From positions 88,350,001 to 88,414,000 of the forward strand of contig NC_079168.1 in assembly GCF_947568905.1 (NCBI RefSeq): DNA of 64,000 nt. The letters run 5' to 3'. The notes beneath the pieces are model-generated. The model saw only the letters and a list, made by a program, of their open reading frames with translations. It made no database searches and had not been told where the DNA came from. The stretch comes from Ostrea edulis (Eukaryota). Made by a program: the position numbers and the translations under genes. Positions 62,701 to 64,000 of this stretch are shown piece after piece (position 1 is the first letter of the stretch; each line of letters starts with the position of its first letter).

Positions 62701-64000
62701 ACCCCCTCTGGAATACCCTCAGCAGTCGCCACCGACATCTGAACAAAAAACGGAGTGCAGTTAATCTAAATGCCTTTGCAGCATAGCTACTTCCTTGAAA
62801 GAAAACCGTACAAAACTCTTTGCATGAACATTTATACTTTATCATTCTTACTGTTTTACACATTTTAACTAAATGTTAAAATGGTTTACAGAAGGGAAGC
62901 TTTAAAAAATATTAAATATTGCTTGACAAACATTTCAAACTTTTAGAAAAACTCAAAACTTACCCCTTGACTTTGTGTGCAGCCAGCACTGTTACATGCA
63001 CTGAGTATGTAGACATAGGATTGGTAGGGCAGGACGGTTCTCTCATCAGTAAACTCATAGTCTAGACCCCGGTACAACTCCACACCATCACGGTAAAGGA
63101 TGAACTGAGTTATCTCCCCTATCCAACAACAATTAAGAAAAATCTAATCATAGCAAACTTTTGTGGACATTCAATATAGTCCAACTGTTTCTCTAAAACC
63201 ATTATTCATACACTAGGTAAACAAATTAAAATATCTTTCTAACAAATTGAAAACTAGCGATGGACATTGATATGATATAGAGGTCAGAAGGTCAATAAGA
63301 AATGAACCATTTGGCTTCTGCGGAATGTCCCAGGTAAGATAGATGACATAGAGCTGGGAGGGGTCCACAGTGGCTTCTGGGGGATCCACCCCTGTGGGGA
63401 GAGCTGTCAGAGTCTTCGTATTAACAACGTTGCTACGAGTCCCTCCAGCGCTATTTACTACGTCTACAGTGTATTCATACACAGAGTAGGGTTCTAGGTT
63501 TGCATCTGTAAAACATGGATATTTCAATGAAGGGGAGATAATCTGTGACATTAAGGAGAATACATATTTCATTCTTCTGGAAAAGTGATCAATCTGATTT
63601 TAAATTCCTAAAAAAAAAAGTCAGAAATACCTCCAATGCTTAGTTTTGTTACCTTTTCCAGAACAACAGAAGTATGTAGGTTTGTAATTACTAACAACAG
63701 AAGTATGTAGGTTTGTAATTACTAACAACAGAAGTATGTAGGTTTGTAATTACTAACAACAGAAGTATGTAGGTTTGTAATTATAAATGGGAAGCTTGTA
63801 ATTATCAAGGGATGGTTGAATATGTACAGTTAAGTTTGATTATCCTATAGGTAGCTTATAAATGGCAATATTAAAACAAGAATTACCTATGAATGTACCA
63901 TTCAATCCAGTGAACACCAAATCCTCACTCAGTACACAGACACCAGATGGATCAGGTTCCGCTGTTGGTTCAGTGGCCACATAACTACCCCTCCATGAAC
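47746..64000 (-). CDS. USH2A: Usherin (USH2A), 3' portion: many FN3 repeats, TM helix and cytoplasmic tail; 5' part lies beyond the window
   Basis: Exons: >64000-63887, 63505-63308, 63118-62964, 62738-62549, 60811-60704, 60172-57182, 56179-55986, 55881-55786, 54263-54019, 52722-52502, 51745-51566, 51477-51403, 50476-50232 (FYKEVWFMALMIVSGLVLLFAMVVLCF TM, then PYIRERSPL), 49432-49265 (..FDSGL), 47823-47746 (..MFTDTHL*). FN3 motifs (W.PP..PNG, L.PYT.Y, C T..GC), PYIRER.PL and terminal TDTHL are usherin hallmarks. Confidence 0.95.
48250..48648 (-). repeat. 39-bp minisatellite, about 10 copies, in the last USH2A intron
   Basis: Minus-strand unit GTGAATGATGATCAGAGGAAG|GTACCTATATATTGTGAG. Confidence 0.92.
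48965..49235. repeat. About 49-bp tandem repeat, about 5 copies, just inside the USH2A intron after the DSGL donor
   Basis: gacataaaatttctac..gtgcaatttatgtaaaagaattcagtactt repeated. Confidence 0.85.
49658..49900. repeat. About 130-bp direct duplication
   Basis: gtacaagtttttt..cactcaaaatgatttgtgcagatg..ggcaaattttcttc occurs twice (about 49658 and about 49788). Confidence 0.85.
50750..51433 (-). repeat. 49-bp minisatellite, 14 copies, containing USH2A exon end plus donor
   Basis: Minus-strand unit AAACTCCCACCGTCGAGGTAGACCCATCAG|gtaagacatcactaatcag. Confidence 0.95.
52100..52455. repeat. CT-rich low-complexity tract
   Basis: Almost purely pyrimidine on the plus strand, no clear unit. Confidence 0.8.
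52910..53750 (+). mobile_element. Second Helentron/HINE family element, with a 109-bp tandem duplication across its 5' junction (52835-53050)
   Basis: 5' aacaagagatgtttgtaaaacacatatgccc; internal repeats (gatattgagtggacagtatatt); gactgactgac microsatellite; 3' hairpin atgcccctc-ttctttgaag-gagggcat followed by an A run. Confidence 0.7.
54920..55739 (+). mobile_element. 820-bp non-autonomous DNA transposon with 8-bp TSD (hAT or P superfamily)
   Basis: GTAAGCAT|CATAGTTGCCAA ... TTGGCAACTATG|GTAAGCAT; perfect 8-bp TSD at 54912-54919 and 55740-55747. Confidence 0.88.
56990..57190 (-). repeat. 46-bp tandem repeat, about 3 copies, at the donor of the USH2A giant exon
   Basis: ctacaaagtccttttgagattgctatataattatagctcattacag with period 46 (57001, 57047, 57093); degenerate donor copy CTATAG|GTAATTCTCTAGCAATC at about 56970-56992. 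Confidence 0.75.
57182..60172 (-). CDS. USH2A: Usherin giant internal exon, 2991 nt, about 10 FN3 repeats
   Basis: Inside the 1034-aa ORF 57162-60266; acceptor ttgcag| at 60173, donor |gtaagt at 57181, phase 1 to phase 1. Confidence 0.92.
60946..61434 (+). mobile_element. Second copy of the CCGTA-TIR MITE (left TIR degraded)
   Basis: Shares ggagggaattgccattgacccattt and ccgacttataggcgagta..tatacgg|ta with 44066-44527. Confidence 0.75.
61714..62566 (-). repeat. 33/35-bp minisatellite, about 25 copies, containing USH2A exon end plus donor
   Basis: Minus-strand unit TGTCAGTCAGTGAGAG|GTAAGTCTATCTCCTGT; donors at exact 33-bp steps from 62548 to 62350. Confidence 0.95.
63659..63782. repeat. 31-bp tandem repeat, about 4 copies
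   Basis: aacaacagaagtatgtaggtttgtaattact repeated. Confidence 0.88.

Overview
AT-rich eukaryotic (metazoan) genomic DNA with spliceosomal introns. The repeat landscape (HindIII/Cg170-like satellite monomers inside Helentron-type elements) suggests an oyster-like bivalve; this is an inference. Four protein-coding genes were assembled by hand with phase-consistent splice junctions: DDX52 (minus strand, 3' end runs off the left edge), RRP15 (plus strand, complete, head-to-head with DDX52), a kizuna/KIZ-like gene (minus strand, 17 exons, about 748 aa) and the 3' part of usherin/USH2A (minus strand, ending in the FTDTHL PDZ-binding motif). The 14-kb KIZ-USH2A intergenic space is a nest of transposons: a decayed DD34E Tc1, a palindromic MITE, Helentron-like elements and a 2.8-kb long-TIR element with CAC termini and a 5-bp TSD (Transib/RAG-like signature). 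The most striking pattern is that at least seven introns in all four genes (plus one inferred micro-exon and one degenerate case) begin with a tandem array whose unit is a copy of the exon 3' end plus the 5' splice site. Some of these arrays preserve the reading frame. A 4.7-kb GA-rich satellite also lies in a KIZ intron.
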